64,000 nucleotides of DNA from a virus. The notes beneath the pieces are model-generated. The model made no database searches. It saw only the letters and a list, made by a program, of their open reading frames with translations, and had not been told where the DNA came from. This document shows positions 31,301 to 43,200 of this stretch, piece after piece. Position 1 is the stretch's first letter. Each line of letters opens with the position of its first letter. The stretch lies in IMG/VR virus record IMGVR_UViG_3300032093_000013; one strand, written 5' to 3'. The position numbers and the translations under genes are program-made.

Positions 31301-32652
31301 GCTGAGGAATAAGCGGCATCTGTTAATCTGAAATTATAAACCCTAGCATCACCAATTTTTGTTGTAGAGCTTGGATTTCCGGATGCACTTCTTCTAACAG
31401 AGTGTAGTTCTAACGATTGATTTTGTTTTGGAGATCCGGTTATATTATTAATTCTCAGTAAATTTCCCATTTCAAATGGGATACTTACATTTTCTACATT
31501 TTGAGTTTCTCTGGGTTTTGATACGTCTAAAATAGTGGTGGAGATTTTTTCAATATCGTATCCCCTAACATATGCTTTGCCTGGAGATAATTTAACACAC
31601 ATTAAATTATCTGATGGCGTATTTCCGCTTTCAGTTTTTTGATTTTTAAAAAATAGACCATTATTTCCGAGTCTATTGTTTAAAGAGTCGTGTAAAGAAA
31701 TTTTAAAAGGAGTTACCGAATAATTTCCGGATTCATCAAAAGTTCTTTGTGCCAAATAATCTTTAATTAATGAATATTGAGTATTTGTGTTTAATTTTTT
31801 AACCTGACCAACATCTATTCTAAGAAGTTCTATAAAATCTACATCAGTATCGACACTATCGATTGTTTTTTTGGTTAAGGACAAACCTATTTTAAATCTA
31901 TCTGCTCCAGGAGCAGCATAGTTTGTAAATCCTTTTGCGTTATCATAAAGAGAATCATCTTCTTTTGCTGTTATGATTTCTTCAGATACTTTGAGACCTA
32001 CTCTATATGATGGAGTATTTGTGTAATAGTCTAGAATAATTGTTTCTTTAGAAACGTTTACAAAAGTTCCTCTTACAAAATAGATTCCAGCATCGATGGA
32101 GACTGCAGATCCAATAGCAGTAGCATCAGTAGAAATTAAAGATGCAAATGGATTTCCTGCTACGATGGTTGTATTTCCATAAACCACATTCTCACTAGCA
32201 AATAATGATTCACCATCTTGGAATGGAGTAATTGCAAAACTTTCTCCAGAATCAATATATTTTACATATAATGTAATGTATTCTAAATTATTAACCGAAT
32301 CGGGTACTTCAATTTTTTGAATAACTCCAGTTACACCAGAAATTTGTCCGGTAACTTTTTTACCTACAAATTGATTGATGTATAGTGAGATATTTACACC
32401 AAAATTAGTTGGGTTTAACTTAATCGCATTAAACTGCGAATCATATGTTAAATTGCCAGGAATTACTACAGATCCTTCTTTGAAAATATGACTACCGAAA
32501 GATTCAACTTGATTCTGTAATATTGATTGAATATTATTTAATTCTCTTGCTTGGACAGGTCTTCCTGGATTAAAAAGAACCTTGTAAAAGTTCTTTTCGG
32601 CGTCAAAATCATCAAAGTAGGGGCTTACATTTAAATTTGTTTTTTGTGCCAT
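25357..32652 (-). CDS. large virion structural protein (DUF4815/VrlC-like), 2431 aa
   Basis: NVSPYFDDFD..KNFYKVLF.PG.PVQARELN, APGADR, DPLAQTF motifs. Confidence 0.9.
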   Translation of the reverse strand: MAQKTNLNVSPYFDDFDAEKNFYKVLFNPGRPVQARELNNIQSILQNQVESFGSHIFKEGSVVIPGNLTYDSQFNAIKLNPTNFGVNISLYINQFVGKKVTGQISGVTGVIQKIEVPDSVNNLEYITLYVKYIDSGESFAITPFQDGESLFASENVVYGNTTIVAGNPFASLISTDATAIGSAVSIDAGIYFVRGTFVNVSKETIILDYYTNTPSYRVGLKVSEEIITAKEDDSLYDNAKGFTNYAAPGADRFKIGLSLTKKTIDSVDTDVDFIELLRIDVGQVKKLNTNTQYSLIKDYLAQRTFDESGNYSVTPFKISLHDSLNNRLGNNGLFFKNQKTESGNTPSDNLMCVKLSPGKAYVRGYDIEKISTTILDVSKPRETQNVENVSIPFEMGNLLRINNITGSPKQNQSLELHSVRRSASGNPSSTTKIGDARVYNFRLTDAAYSSASTNWDLYLYDIQTYTTLILNQALSISQLPATSFIKGKSSGASGYAVSAGDGTTTVSLRQTSGNFIKGEQIIINGLELYPRSITNITVYDSQDIKQVYQSTAVSGFTTSFIGDSVLSKQLPIGFNASDTINITSGGVVTSPGKFFNSIKPGSIIRYQTSTGSLENFNRVTSVSLTGSSMTVASVASVSGVCDGSIGVSTNVSFSIGAPTINNLEKGFLYAEVPNSNLSSIDLNDSILTFSAQSTSAKSSSSPIVLSVSDFSLPSGLTTALFQGFDEERYSVHYTDGTTQSLTADEFSLSNNQVTLSNLTSGKTTSSINATFIKNGVESKEKQYNRSQTINVIYSKYLESGSGISTSINDGLEYNPYYGLRVQDQEISLNYPDVAKVLAVYESLNTSNPSLDSVSFSSVLNIGGNAIIGENIIGSESGCVARVVTRSTNSVGIIYLNSNRFLTNENVTFEESNISGEIDFITLGSYNDITNRFKLDKGQKEQYYDYSRIVKNEGETEPSRRILVVFDYFSVPSTDNGDVFTVLSYKQEQFANDVPLIGNKNLRASDTLDFRPRVSVFSGVASSPFDFSNRNFSSSIKLNLTPNESTIIGYDYYIGRIDKIYLNKNGEFIYIQGNSSSNPKSPIKIDDVMEIATISLPPYLYTPNSATLSLVDNRRYTMRDIGLIENRVKNLERVTSLTLLELSTQTLQIQDSQGFNRFKTGFFVDDFKDYERVNLNLSLLEIDPELQEMRPIIARNSLKNYLAPSLNITDEEVDLSTNYALIDSNVQKTGSTVTLKYTSEKWINQPLATQVENVNPFHVISYKGSIKLSPDRDNWVRTVQLPNKTISVTDFVLVERDNTVLGDRTVRVDNGANASRTELSTEFSQTVTESSSSSTRSTSSTRLVEARAEEYMRSRNTEFSITSLKPYTRYYQFLDGNGSVDFIPKLIEIANSESLENYGASSAFTIGETVIGYDNQNNKIIAFRVAMPSHKIGPFNSPTTKFTTNPYFRTESIPDAYSASSKILNLDTYSISEEAQGLYSGYLVKGAKLVGQTSGAIAYVKDLRLISDNYGDLIGSFFIRDPNTNPAPDVKINTGNKTYKITSSPTNEVAVAGSTTVSSAETNYISDGTLELYETTITNTTTVTNTRLTTTNITRVTTNFEQTQFPQQDRGGGKDPLAQTFTVDQDGGFLTEVDLYFYKKDSGNNPLTVEVRTVELGTPTTTVVGNPVTLRPDQIQISDDATAVTKAIFDYPIYLAPGLEYAIVLLAPESIEYEVFIAEMGKKTIQSRNLPDSEAVVYTQQFAMGSLFKSQNGSIWTADQYQDMKFTLHRANFVTNTASTAYFYNPTLNESNGYISNLQNNPLAVLPRKLNIGITTTTNSTMVGILTTGRKVGESTKTYNYGYIVGTGCSASSVGVTTAGSNYVSDTNVSTYNIIGNGSGLTLNITASSGAITAASIVSAGNGYAIGDVVGIVTSSVSSNSGRDARITITGNNNGIDTLYLSNVQGESFTSDGTASLVYFDTSNNSVSLAATFVRSSTPVGSIYSGNFAKLNHFNHGMYATNNKVSISGVTPNTESTTLSQSITASSTSISIASTANFVTFEGKTVNGTNPGYAIIENEIIKYESIGSGTLETVTRGQSSTLSIPHSTNTPVYKYEFNGVSLRRINTTHDISDTGLDIDSYYIEIDRTSNGVNRNSDNTPTGYPQLSFSSELTSGGSKVFASENIQYDAIIPFYDIGTPGAETSVLAKIRSVSGTSVSGNEVSFQDLGYEDIQINSLNTLSSSRIVASKVNEDTFLTSLPRNKSFTTAITLRTSNKYVSPQIFLDTSFTDFHSNRINSPISNYQQDGRVNSILDDPHAAIYISNTVRLSQPATSLKVILSAYRHFSADFRVLYSLLRADSSEVEQSFELFPGYDNLTIDNNNDGYPDVVDPANNSGLPDIFVPASNQNQFLEYEFSANNLDQFNGFTIKIVMSSTNQAYPPRFKDLRGIAIR

Positions 32653-32655
32653 TGG

Positions 32656-34224
32656 TTAGAATTCCAGGATAATTTTAATGTCTTCTTTTTGTCTAACATT
32701 ACGAGATACAAGAGGTCTATTGTCAATATAAATTATGTCTCCTGTTTTTTTATTTATTTCAGGATTTGCAAGACCATTTGTAAATGTTACTCCAAGATTT
32801 ATGATTGAATTATTTACTGTTGTAGTAATTCCAGAAAAGGAAGAAATTTGACCAGAAAAACCACTTGTTTCTCCAATTACATTTCCGCCGGTAGAACTAA
32901 AATTGATGTTTGAATTCCCCGATGTTGAAACCCCCACATAATCAGTTTGATCGTGTGTTGACCCATAATATAGAGATCTGTCTCTAAAATACTTTAAAAC
33001 TTTAGTGTCAGAATCATACGACGCAACATATCCAACCGCAATTCCAGTAGAAACTGTTTGGTTAATTTTTTCTCCAACTTCGGGTAAAAAAGAATTAACC
33101 GAATCAAATTTCATTGCATATAAACCAGAAAATTCTCCGCCACTAAAAGTTTCTGTAGATATAAATGTTGTTGGATTTTTTAAGATTCCAATCTGACAAA
33201 ACTTTGTATTTGTTGGAAAATCTCTAGTAGAATCATCAAATCTCGCATATATCATTACTCTATCTGCACCCAACTCTTTGTATAAGTCAAACCCATGCCC
33301 CCTAGAAGGAGGTATAATGGGGATTAATTTTGCGGGGTTACTGATAGTGCTTCCTGGTTGTAGAGGACCCAAATCGACGATTCCATACGTGTATCCGGTG
33401 CCTCCAGACGTTACTGTAGTGTCCGTAATTTCTCCATTGGCATTTGTTTGTACAAATACTCTCCCACCAGATCCATTTCCCAAAATATCAACTTCTCCAG
33501 ATGCATAATTTGATCCTGCATTATCAATGTAAACTGTTTTAATTTGGTTGTTATTTAGTGTTGAGTCTCCATTCTCTCTCACTGCAACAATTTGAGAATC
33601 TGTAGAAGTATTCCAGTTATTTGGTAATGTTACATATTCTGTGGAGTCAAATTTTACAATATCTGCGGGAGAAACAGTAAATAAGTACTTCCAAACATAT
33701 CCGTCCTCTCCGGTACCGGCTACTGTCGGTTCTAAGTCTGTAGAAGTTGGTTCATATTGTGACTGATTACCTGTTGTATTAATTCCGCTGGACCCATTTT
33801 CTATGCAAATATAAACATTATAATCACTATTTAATACGTAATATTCCGAATCATAAAGTCTAGATCTTCTCGATATTGGGGAAAGATTTTCTATACTGTA
33901 ATCATGTCTATACATATCATATTTTTTACCTCTTTCCCAATCAACTCTTTTGATTACTCTTCTTATATTTGAAGAAGTAACTTTCTTTCCAAAAAGAAGA
34001 GTATCTTCATATTGAGTTAGATAATCTAAATTATCTGTGGGATTTGGCACTACGCCGTTAGTTATTCCTGGACCATCCCAATTTATATTTCTACCAAAAC
34101 CAGTATAAAGATTTGGATTAGTAAGACCAACCCAAACATAATAAGAATTAGAAGAATCGTCTATTGATTCTATAAAATTACTGGCATTTAATATTCTAAA
34201 TTGATCTGTTACAAGTGCAGACAT
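32656..34224 (-). CDS. gp8: baseplate wedge subunit
   Basis: YDMYRHDY, DGYVWKYLFT, IYIDNR...QKEDIKIILEF. Confidence 0.92.
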   Translation of the reverse strand: MSALVTDQFRILNASNFIESIDDSSNSYYVWVGLTNPNLYTGFGRNINWDGPGITNGVVPNPTDNLDYLTQYEDTLLFGKKVTSSNIRRVIKRVDWERGKKYDMYRHDYSIENLSPISRRSRLYDSEYYVLNSDYNVYICIENGSSGINTTGNQSQYEPTSTDLEPTVAGTGEDGYVWKYLFTVSPADIVKFDSTEYVTLPNNWNTSTDSQIVAVRENGDSTLNNNQIKTVYIDNAGSNYASGEVDILGNGSGGRVFVQTNANGEITDTTVTSGGTGYTYGIVDLGPLQPGSTISNPAKLIPIIPPSRGHGFDLYKELGADRVMIYARFDDSTRDFPTNTKFCQIGILKNPTTFISTETFSGGEFSGLYAMKFDSVNSFLPEVGEKINQTVSTGIAVGYVASYDSDTKVLKYFRDRSLYYGSTHDQTDYVGVSTSGNSNINFSSTGGNVIGETSGFSGQISSFSGITTTVNNSIINLGVTFTNGLANPEINKKTGDIIYIDNRPLVSRNVRQKEDIKIILEF

Positions 34225-34244
34225 CTATATAATTCTTTTTTTTA

Positions 34245-34252
34245 TATTTATA
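34245..34252 (-). promoter_or_regulatory. T4 late promoter
   Basis: TATAAATA upstream of gp8. Confidence 0.85.
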
Positions 34253-34257
34253 TTGCA

Positions 34258-37200
34258 TTAGAGATCCTTTTTCAGAGACCCATTGCTTCTCAATCCATAT
34301 CCTCTCCTTTGAATAATTGGATATGTAGATAATCCCGCATTATATCCCAGAGTAGTTATTCCTACACTCGAAGTATATCCTGTCACTCCAATTGAGATTG
34401 GAGAGTTAGATCTAGAGAATCCTGACAGTCTTCCCCAAGATAATCTTCCTACAGGATATTTTATAGTTCCTGTCGTAGCAATTCCCACAATCGATGTGTT
34501 TGATGCAATATTACAAGTTACAATTCCTGTCGCAGAATTAATTGCATGAATTCTATAAACATTATTTACGAATGATGTACTTATAGAAACAATATCCGTA
34601 TTAGTCGTATTAATTGATGTTACCCCCTGCCCAACAAAAGTTTGAGAGATATAAATTGGATATCCAACTTGCAAATCTGGGAATGAGAATGGATTTCTAT
34701 CCAGAGTAAATCTAAGTGCTAATGGTGTTCCAATTCCATTTGTAGTCGCAATTCCTATGACAGAAACCGAGTATCCTTCCACATCAGATATATCAGTAAT
34801 TATTTCATACTCTTCTGCAGAATTATTCGAAAGAATAAATGCATCAAAACTAATGGGAGATTCATTCTCGTAATTAAACAGACTGCTATCATCAACGAAT
34901 ATTTCGGTTGCAGTAATGCTCAAATCTCCGATAATATTTGCAGTTGGATAAATTTGAGACTCTAAAGAATCTCTTGATTTATAAATTTTTTCACCATTGA
35001 GTATCAAATCAGTTTTTTGCTTAGTCCAATATAAGGGTTTGTTGTTAACTTCATCAATCCCCTGACCAACATAAAGATTTGTTTCAATTTTATCGGATCC
35101 GGAGATATCATAAATTGTCCTCTTCTCCTGAGTAGTTGTATTTTGAATATTTGAATTATTGCTAAAGATTTGTACGGTATCTCCTACTTTAACTGTTTCT
35201 ATTGCATCGACTTGAATTGTATCTTCACCCCTTGTGCCACGATAGAAAAATACTGATATATTATCTTCTGGTTCTGGAGCAACTGAGAATGTAAATGAAG
35301 TTCCACCACTGAATTGATATGAAACTCCTGGTTCTTGTAAAACTCCATTGATAAAAATGAGAAGAACCGAATCTAAATCAATCAACTGAGAATCGGGGTC
35401 ATTTTCATCAATTTCGAAGCTGAGTAGTTCTGAATTGTAGAGGAGTGGGAATCTAGTTCTAACTCCGTCTTGATATGGTAGAATAGAATCTATATAATCC
35501 AATTCTCCAAATTGCCAAGAAGAAAAGGAGTCCGTAAAAACATCTAAAACAGTTAATTGGAATTCATTAACTGGAGCAGAAAGACCTTTTGCAGTTACCA
35601 ACCCTACAGGTTTGAATACATCACCAACTCTAAATGAATATCCATTTCTGGTAATTTCAAAGGTTTTAACTTCAAATAAAGTGGATCCAATTCCTGTAGT
35701 GGTAGAGCTAGATCCTACTTCAATGTTTAGAAGTAAACCAACTCCAGTATCTGTTGTAGCCCCTACTCCAAGTCTAGACACTCCAGTTACAGATAAGTTT
35801 TGATACGAGGGAGAAGAAACATTTATTGTTGGATTGGTATATCCTGCCCCAGGATTAACAACATTAAATGATAAAGTTCCACCTGCACCAACATTTGCAG
35901 TTATAACAGCTCCAGTACCAATGTGCCCACTTTCTGTGACTGCAACAGAAACTGGGTATCTATATCCAGATCCAATGATATCCATAGTTCCAATTCCAAT
36001 TGCAACTATAGTTCCCCCAGCACCAACGACGGCAGTAACAGAAGCACCCACAAGAGGAGCTATTCCTAATCCTCCAGTAGATCCAAGAGATACGATTACA
36101 CCTCCACGAGGAAGTTGATTCTGATTAATATCATATTCTGATGTGAATATATTATTATTAGATGATGTTATTCCGGTAAAAGTAATTCTAGTAACACCAG
36201 AATTTTCTGCTATTATATAGTTATTTGATAAATTATTAGATGTCGTTGGAGATTGGAAAATATTATTAATGAATACAATTCCATTTCCGCCAGAAGTTCC
36301 TAATCCGACTGTGTTTATTCCTTGAGATGTTAGTATAAAGGTCTGCCCAATTCCAGTAAATTGATTCGAAATATCATCATAGATTTGATTAGTTGTATAA
36401 TCTTCTCTTAAGAAGACTCTTCCACTGAAAGAAGCCCGTTCTCTTGGCAAATTAGATTCACTCGGACCAAGTAAATCAAGAGAATTTCCTCTAGGAGCTT
36501 CTGTGAAAAAGATTTTATTTTTAGAAATGTTGTAAGATCCTCTGTAAATTCTAGCAATAGAAGTATCAGTATGCACTCCAGCAATGGATCCAAGAAATCC
36601 ACGAGTAACTTCTACAAGAGAAATACTTCCACCAAATGTGATGGGACCGGTGTTTGTTGTACCTAACCCAACATTCTCTACTCTCATATACTCTTCGTCG
36701 ATTTTTAATATATCTGTTGGAGTAATAGAACTAATTCCACTCAAAGCAAAAATTGTAGATGCTGATCCAATTTGACCACCATTTCCAGACAGTGTATGAG
36801 TTATGTAAGAAAATGCAAGAGGACTTTGTACAACGTCATTAATAGAGATTATTGATTTCTCATTCTTTTTATACATTTCTAATTGGTGGGCATTTCCTAG
36901 ACCAACAGACGTAAATGTTACTCCGATTCCTTGAATAGCATATTCTTTTCTAGTAGAAATTCTAAACGAGTCATTGCTATCCTTTATCGCATATACAACA
37001 GATGGAAGTATTGTTGTAACAACACCGACATAATTTGCGGTTGCTCCAATTCCCATTGCAAGAGTTCCAATCCCGATAAAAGTAGATTTTGGAGTATAAA
37101 TCAACTGCTCTCCAGTATTGAAGAAGTGATTTGGAATTGTAAATACACCCGTTGTCAAATTTAAAGCATTACTATCTGACGGATTGAAAGTTTTCATGAA

Positions 37201-40200
37201 AATTGGCACGCCTTCATATTCCGCTTCAAAATCATATTTGTTTACATTGGGAGAATTGGCACCAAAATATTTTGCAACCGCAACTGTTTGCTCTACTGGA
37301 CTGTAACTGAGAGTGGGTGGGATATTAACTGTATCTAAGTCAGTGTAGAAATTTTCGCTAAAAGAAAGTATTTCTAAATTGCCAGATATCGAAGGATCGG
37401 CATAGAATTTAATTATAAAATTGCCTCCAGAAATCTCTGCCCCAAATGTTCCTATTCCGGAGGTGCTGCCAATTGATAAGAATGGATATTGAATAGAATA
37501 TGCATCATTCCCATCATTAATTGCCATTATTTGGTGCAATGCGCTAGTTTGTCCAAGTCCAACTCTAATTGTCGATTTTGATGATGTGAATAAAGACTTA
37601 TCTAAAACTAAAATACTAGTAGATCCCGATGAGATGTTATTAAATTTTGATTGGAAAACAACAGTTCTTTCCGCCTCATCAGATTGACCTGGAAGTTTAA
37701 ATCTATATGTGCCTACACCAACAGCAGTAGTACCAAATCCAACATTTTTTGTTCTAACTGTGATGTTTTCTGCCGATGTATTGGTATAATTTAATGATAG
37801 GATTCCTCCACTAATAGATGCCCCAAAAGACCCAATAAATCCGGAGCTAGTTTCTGTTAGATTGTCGTCGAAATAGTATTCACTTATGTAAGTGTTGGTG
37901 CCATCATGAGTCAAATATATTTCAACATAATTCATATCCGAAGTATCATCATTTAGAATGTGAATATTCGAATATATTGCAGAATACTTAGAAGAATTTA
38001 AACTAAAGATAGATGTCGTTATTCCACTAGAGACAATTTTATTTTGCGATATCAAATCTATAAATCCGACAGATTGTGTGGTTCCGACCCCGGTTTTAGA
38101 AATAAAAGTATCTTGTAAAATTTTAATATCAAAATCAGAATTGGAAGTGTCTTCCGGATTAAATTTCAAGTAAAAATTTGATTCAGTATCAATATATCCC
38201 TCAATGTCTACTATTACATCCTCATCATTTATAGAAGTTAATTGTGCTTTTTGTAAGGTAAAAATATTTTCATCATTATTAATTGTTATAATTTCATTGA
38301 ATTGAGTTTCATTTGTAAAAATATTTCGAGTTTGAACCAAAAATTTATTGTAATTATTTCCGGAATTAATTTGGAATATATTAGAAACTTCAGATGATTC
38401 ATCATTTTCACTTGAGAATTCTGAACTTATATCATCGATTTTTAAAACCCTATTGGTTTTACACAAAATATAATCAGTGAGAGAAAGATTATTAAACTTA
38501 ATAAATTTTGATTTGCTATCTAATGTATCTACATCAATAACTAAATCTAAATTATTAATTGTATCTACTCTATTGTCACTTTCAAATACATTTAATAGCG
38601 TCAATGGAGATTCGGTAGTTCCTATTCCAGACTGAACACTTTGTAGAATTTGCGTGTCTGCAAAGTTTTTCATTCCGCTAATATGTAATAAGTTATTAAC
38701 AGGAGTTACGATTTCTTCCCAAGTTTTACTACTCTTTACTGAATAAGATAAATTTTGGTAGTAATCATTATCTGGTGTTACTTGATAATTTTCATTAAGT
38801 TTTCCTGTTTCAAATTTCCACCCAAATTTTTGCAAATTAAAGTAATCTACATCATAATACCCATCAGTAATCTTAACCGAGTCAATGGTCGCTTCATTAA
38901 AAGACTCTAATCCTCTTATTTTTTCTCCACTAGAAAGATTATAGTTACCAGATACTCTCACAAAATTTTCATCACAACTGACTACAGTTAAATCTCTATC
39001 TACAAATCCACTACCAGTATTTGACGACAATCCCTCCCCAATCTGAAAAGGTGAAAATTTCTGTATAGCTTTAAATTCCGGATAATTATTAAAATTAACT
39101 ATAGTGGCGTAAGATTCTTGAATCGTTTTTGCTACTCCGGGATTTGTAGTTAATCCAGAAAGACTGAATTCTAATTTTGCTGGATTAATATTTTGGAAGT
39201 TAGTAATAGTAAAGAATTGATATCCATAGTCAGAAGAATTAAATCCATCACCAGAAGAACCACTTTTTTGAATTCCCTCAACAAAAATTTTATCTCCGGT
39301 TGAAAATGGTGCAGATGTAAAACCAGACAATGGAGTTGTTAGGAAACAAGTAACCACTCCCGAAGAAGATTGAATAGTATCAATTGAAATTCCATTAGAG
39401 TTGTTTATTGCTCTAATTGTAACTGGTTTAATTGGGAGACCTTTTGGATTATTTTCGACAATTACAGATACAATGGAAGACCCAGATAAATTAGATCTAA
39501 GTAAACCGGAGTTAATTAACTCTCCAGTATCAGTATCAACACAAATTAAATCGGGTGCAGATGTATAATTTTGACCTCCATTTAATACATCTACGCTTTC
39601 AATTGTATTGGATGCTGATATGTAAGCAAGAGTTGGTATAGTAGCAGTTGGTCTAAGAGTTTTGTCTGATGCATATTCAAATCCCTCATTAATAATTCTG
39701 CTTTGTTTAATTTTGCCAATCGTCGCTGAAACTGGAACGATAAAAGCTCCATTTCCATTATCGGAATCAACCCCATCAAATAGTGGAAGAGATGAATACG
39801 AATAACCACCAGATAAAAGTTTTACCTTATGAATTCCACCAACTTCTGTCGAAGACGATGTTGAATATTCAAGAATTTCACAATCTCCTCTCTCATAGCG
39901 TGTATTTTCTGGAATTTGCCTTAGAGATATTGTAAAGGTTGTGTTTCCTACGCCTACAATATTATAATTTCCATTATATAAACTATTTTCAAATACTATC
40001 TCAGAATAATTTGTAACATCAGTATCAGACGTGCTAATATATCCAGATTTTTCTATATTGTAATAAAGTTTTTCTGGCACCCCATTGGAGTAATTTAGTG
40101 TTAATGTAGATGTTGAAGATAATCCGATAGTTCCAACTCCAATGACAGAAAGAGAACTAGTGGACGCTATAGAAACAAATTCTTTTTCAAATTTTTGGTC

Positions 40201-43200
40201 ATAGTAAAGTTTAAAATCATACCCTAACAATGAAGAATCTGAAAGATTGAAGACTAAATTGTTATTCTTAATAACCTTGATTTGGGGATTGACAAGACTG
40301 ATTTTTTGATTTCCTGCACCAGTTCCGCCAATTGAAACTGTAGTTGGAGGAGAATTGAGAGAATCTAATAATGTATCACACAACTTTATAGTGTTTTCAT
40401 CAATTCGATAAACAAAGTAGTTTTCGGTTGTCAAACCTACAGGTAAAGTTCCCGAAGACTCATATAAAATTTTGTCTCCAGTTTTTAAATTGTGTGAGTT
40501 TACTGAGATTGAATTTGTAAGTGTATTGATTCCGGTTGAATTAAATATCAGTGGATTTATTACTATTTTTTGAGTTGAGGGGTCTAATCTAACATGTATT
40601 GCTGTGGATGTGCCGATTCCTACAGATACGTCTGGTTTAACCTCTAAAGATATTTTATCTCCGACTCTTAACTGGTGAGATGTCGATACAGAAACAGCAG
40701 AAATTATTCTGTCAATTTTTGCCCTGACTTGAGGTAAATTCGATTCTATAGAATAATGATAATCATTTGTACCAGACGAGAGGAAGAATAGACCACCCGT
40801 AGTTGTAAGTCCGACATTCGTTACAATACCGATATAATCTTTTGACTTATTGACAATATAAACGATTTCAGAATTTCCACTCAATATGTTAAATGAAAGT
40901 CCTCCAGATGTATTAGAAACAGATAATGCCCCACCGCCTGATGGTTTTCTTAAGATTGCTTGTTGATTAGTTTTAAATGGGTGGTTTGGTAAAAATATAC
41001 TTTGTGTCGGTACAAATGCACTATATGTTGTAATTCCAATTTGATAATTTATATTTTTGCCGGACCCCGATGTTGTACCAACACCAACAGATTCTGCAGG
41101 ATTAAAATATATTTTCGAATTCTTCTGAGAATCAAAATAATTTGTTGATTTATTTACTATAAATGAATCCGGAAGATAATATACCGGTGTTGTTTGAGAA
41201 TGGGCTACTCCGGCACTAGATCTATCTACTCTCAATATTCCAAAATTTGGGTAGATATTTAAGATAGAAAAGACTTCATTTTCTATTTGAATACTACTAC
41301 CAATTGAAATATTTTCTGGAATAGACGTTAAATAAATGTCTGTAACTATTCCAGTCGAAGCAAAATTTGGTATATTCTTATCAAGAATTGTTGTGTATGT
41401 TGTAAGACCTATTTCATAAGACCCATTTAAATTGGAAACTTGAGTAGATAATCCGGATATATTGATATTATCTCTGTTTTTAAAGACATGATATGGTGAA
41501 ATATAGACTTTTACTTGATTTCCACCTTGCCATTCAATAAGAGAGTCAGTATAAGAATTTACTGTAGTGTTGACATCAACAATATCTCTTCCTGTTATTT
41601 CGGATATTTCTGCACTAATTCCTCCTCCACCACTCTTAGTGTCATCAAAAATTATTGAATCTCCCACAGCATAATCTGAGCCTGACTTAACAATTTCAAG
41701 TCCGGATACACTTCCAGAAGACACCGATTCTACTAAAGTTTTTTGCTCTATTATTTCATTTGATTCAGTAATAAAGTCATTATCGGCATATTGATCATTT
41801 ACTTTATATGGTAAAGTATTTCTAATTAGTTTAGAATTATTAAAATCAAAAGATTGGTCTAATTCAATATTTTCTTCTAGATATGGAGATCTATATTCAT
41901 TTCCAATAAAATATGGAAACTTACTAACAATTTCTCCATCAAGATTGGTTTCAGTAGTGGCAAAATAAGCATAAACTCCATCAGGAAAATCTTTGGTTTT
42001 TCCAAATCTTCCATTGTATTGATCTAAGTCTCCATTTCCAGTATATTTGTAATCTTCAACAAAATATCCATATGGAAAATCTGTGGTTGATGGTCTATTT
42101 TCCAAGTCAACTAAAGAATATCCAGGTTGTAGTTGTTTTATAGAAGAATTGATATTATTTGAATCGGTGTATCCAAAAGATCCATAAATTGGGTTTCCAT
42201 CATATGCCCACCCAATAATATCCGAATGCTGCCCGGATAAATCACCATTATCACTAAAGTTAGTTTTTATATTTTGAGAATATCCAATAACCGCATACTG
42301 CAACCCACTATGATTTTCAATTAGCACTTCGCTCGATGGATTTCTATAAAATTCATTTTGAATTCCATATTTGAAAGAATTGTTGAGAGTAAGTGCTCTA
42401 ACATTTACTCTCAATACTTCATCCTTTCCTGCAGATACGACTTTAATCTTAGTATTTGTTGAAGTATATCCTACTCCAGAATTGACAACAATTACATCTG
42501 TTATCCTATTGTCAGAAACCACAGGTCTAAGAATAGCACCTATTCCACTACCACTAATAACTAAATCTGGTGTGGAATAATATTCTAGTCCACCATATAA
42601 AACTTGTACGTCAGTTATTCTTCCATTTGTAATTGTCGGTCTAAGTTGAGCATTTTTTCCATTCTTAATGGTAACTTGGGGTCTTTTGTGGACGTTTAGT
42701 GTCGTTGTACCATAATCGGAACCCTTATCATAAACATAAATTTCAGAAATTTTACCTCTAACAATTGGGGTTGCGTTAATAACTCCTCTAACTTGAGTAC
42801 TTCCTAATCCAACAGATGAGTACTCTACTGACAGAGAAATATTTGGATATTTGAATATTTGATATCCGCTTCCTATCGAATTAAATTTTACATAGTTTTT
42901 TCTTTGATAATTTGAAGTATCGGTGCCGCCTACTCCTGCATTACAGAGTCTGAATGTATCTGAATCCAGTTTCAAAACTACATAATTGTTGGATGTCGAT
43001 AACCCAGAGATTGGTGCGGTATCATAGTCATAAGAAATAATTTCACCATCACCAAATCCATGATTTTTAAAACTAATTGTGTTGTTATACGTGGATACTC
43101 CTACCGGAGATACTCTTAAAACTCTGTTTGCATATCCAGATCCACTATCGATTACTGAAATTCCAGTAAGTTTATTTTTAGGTTCAGTTTTAAATTTCTG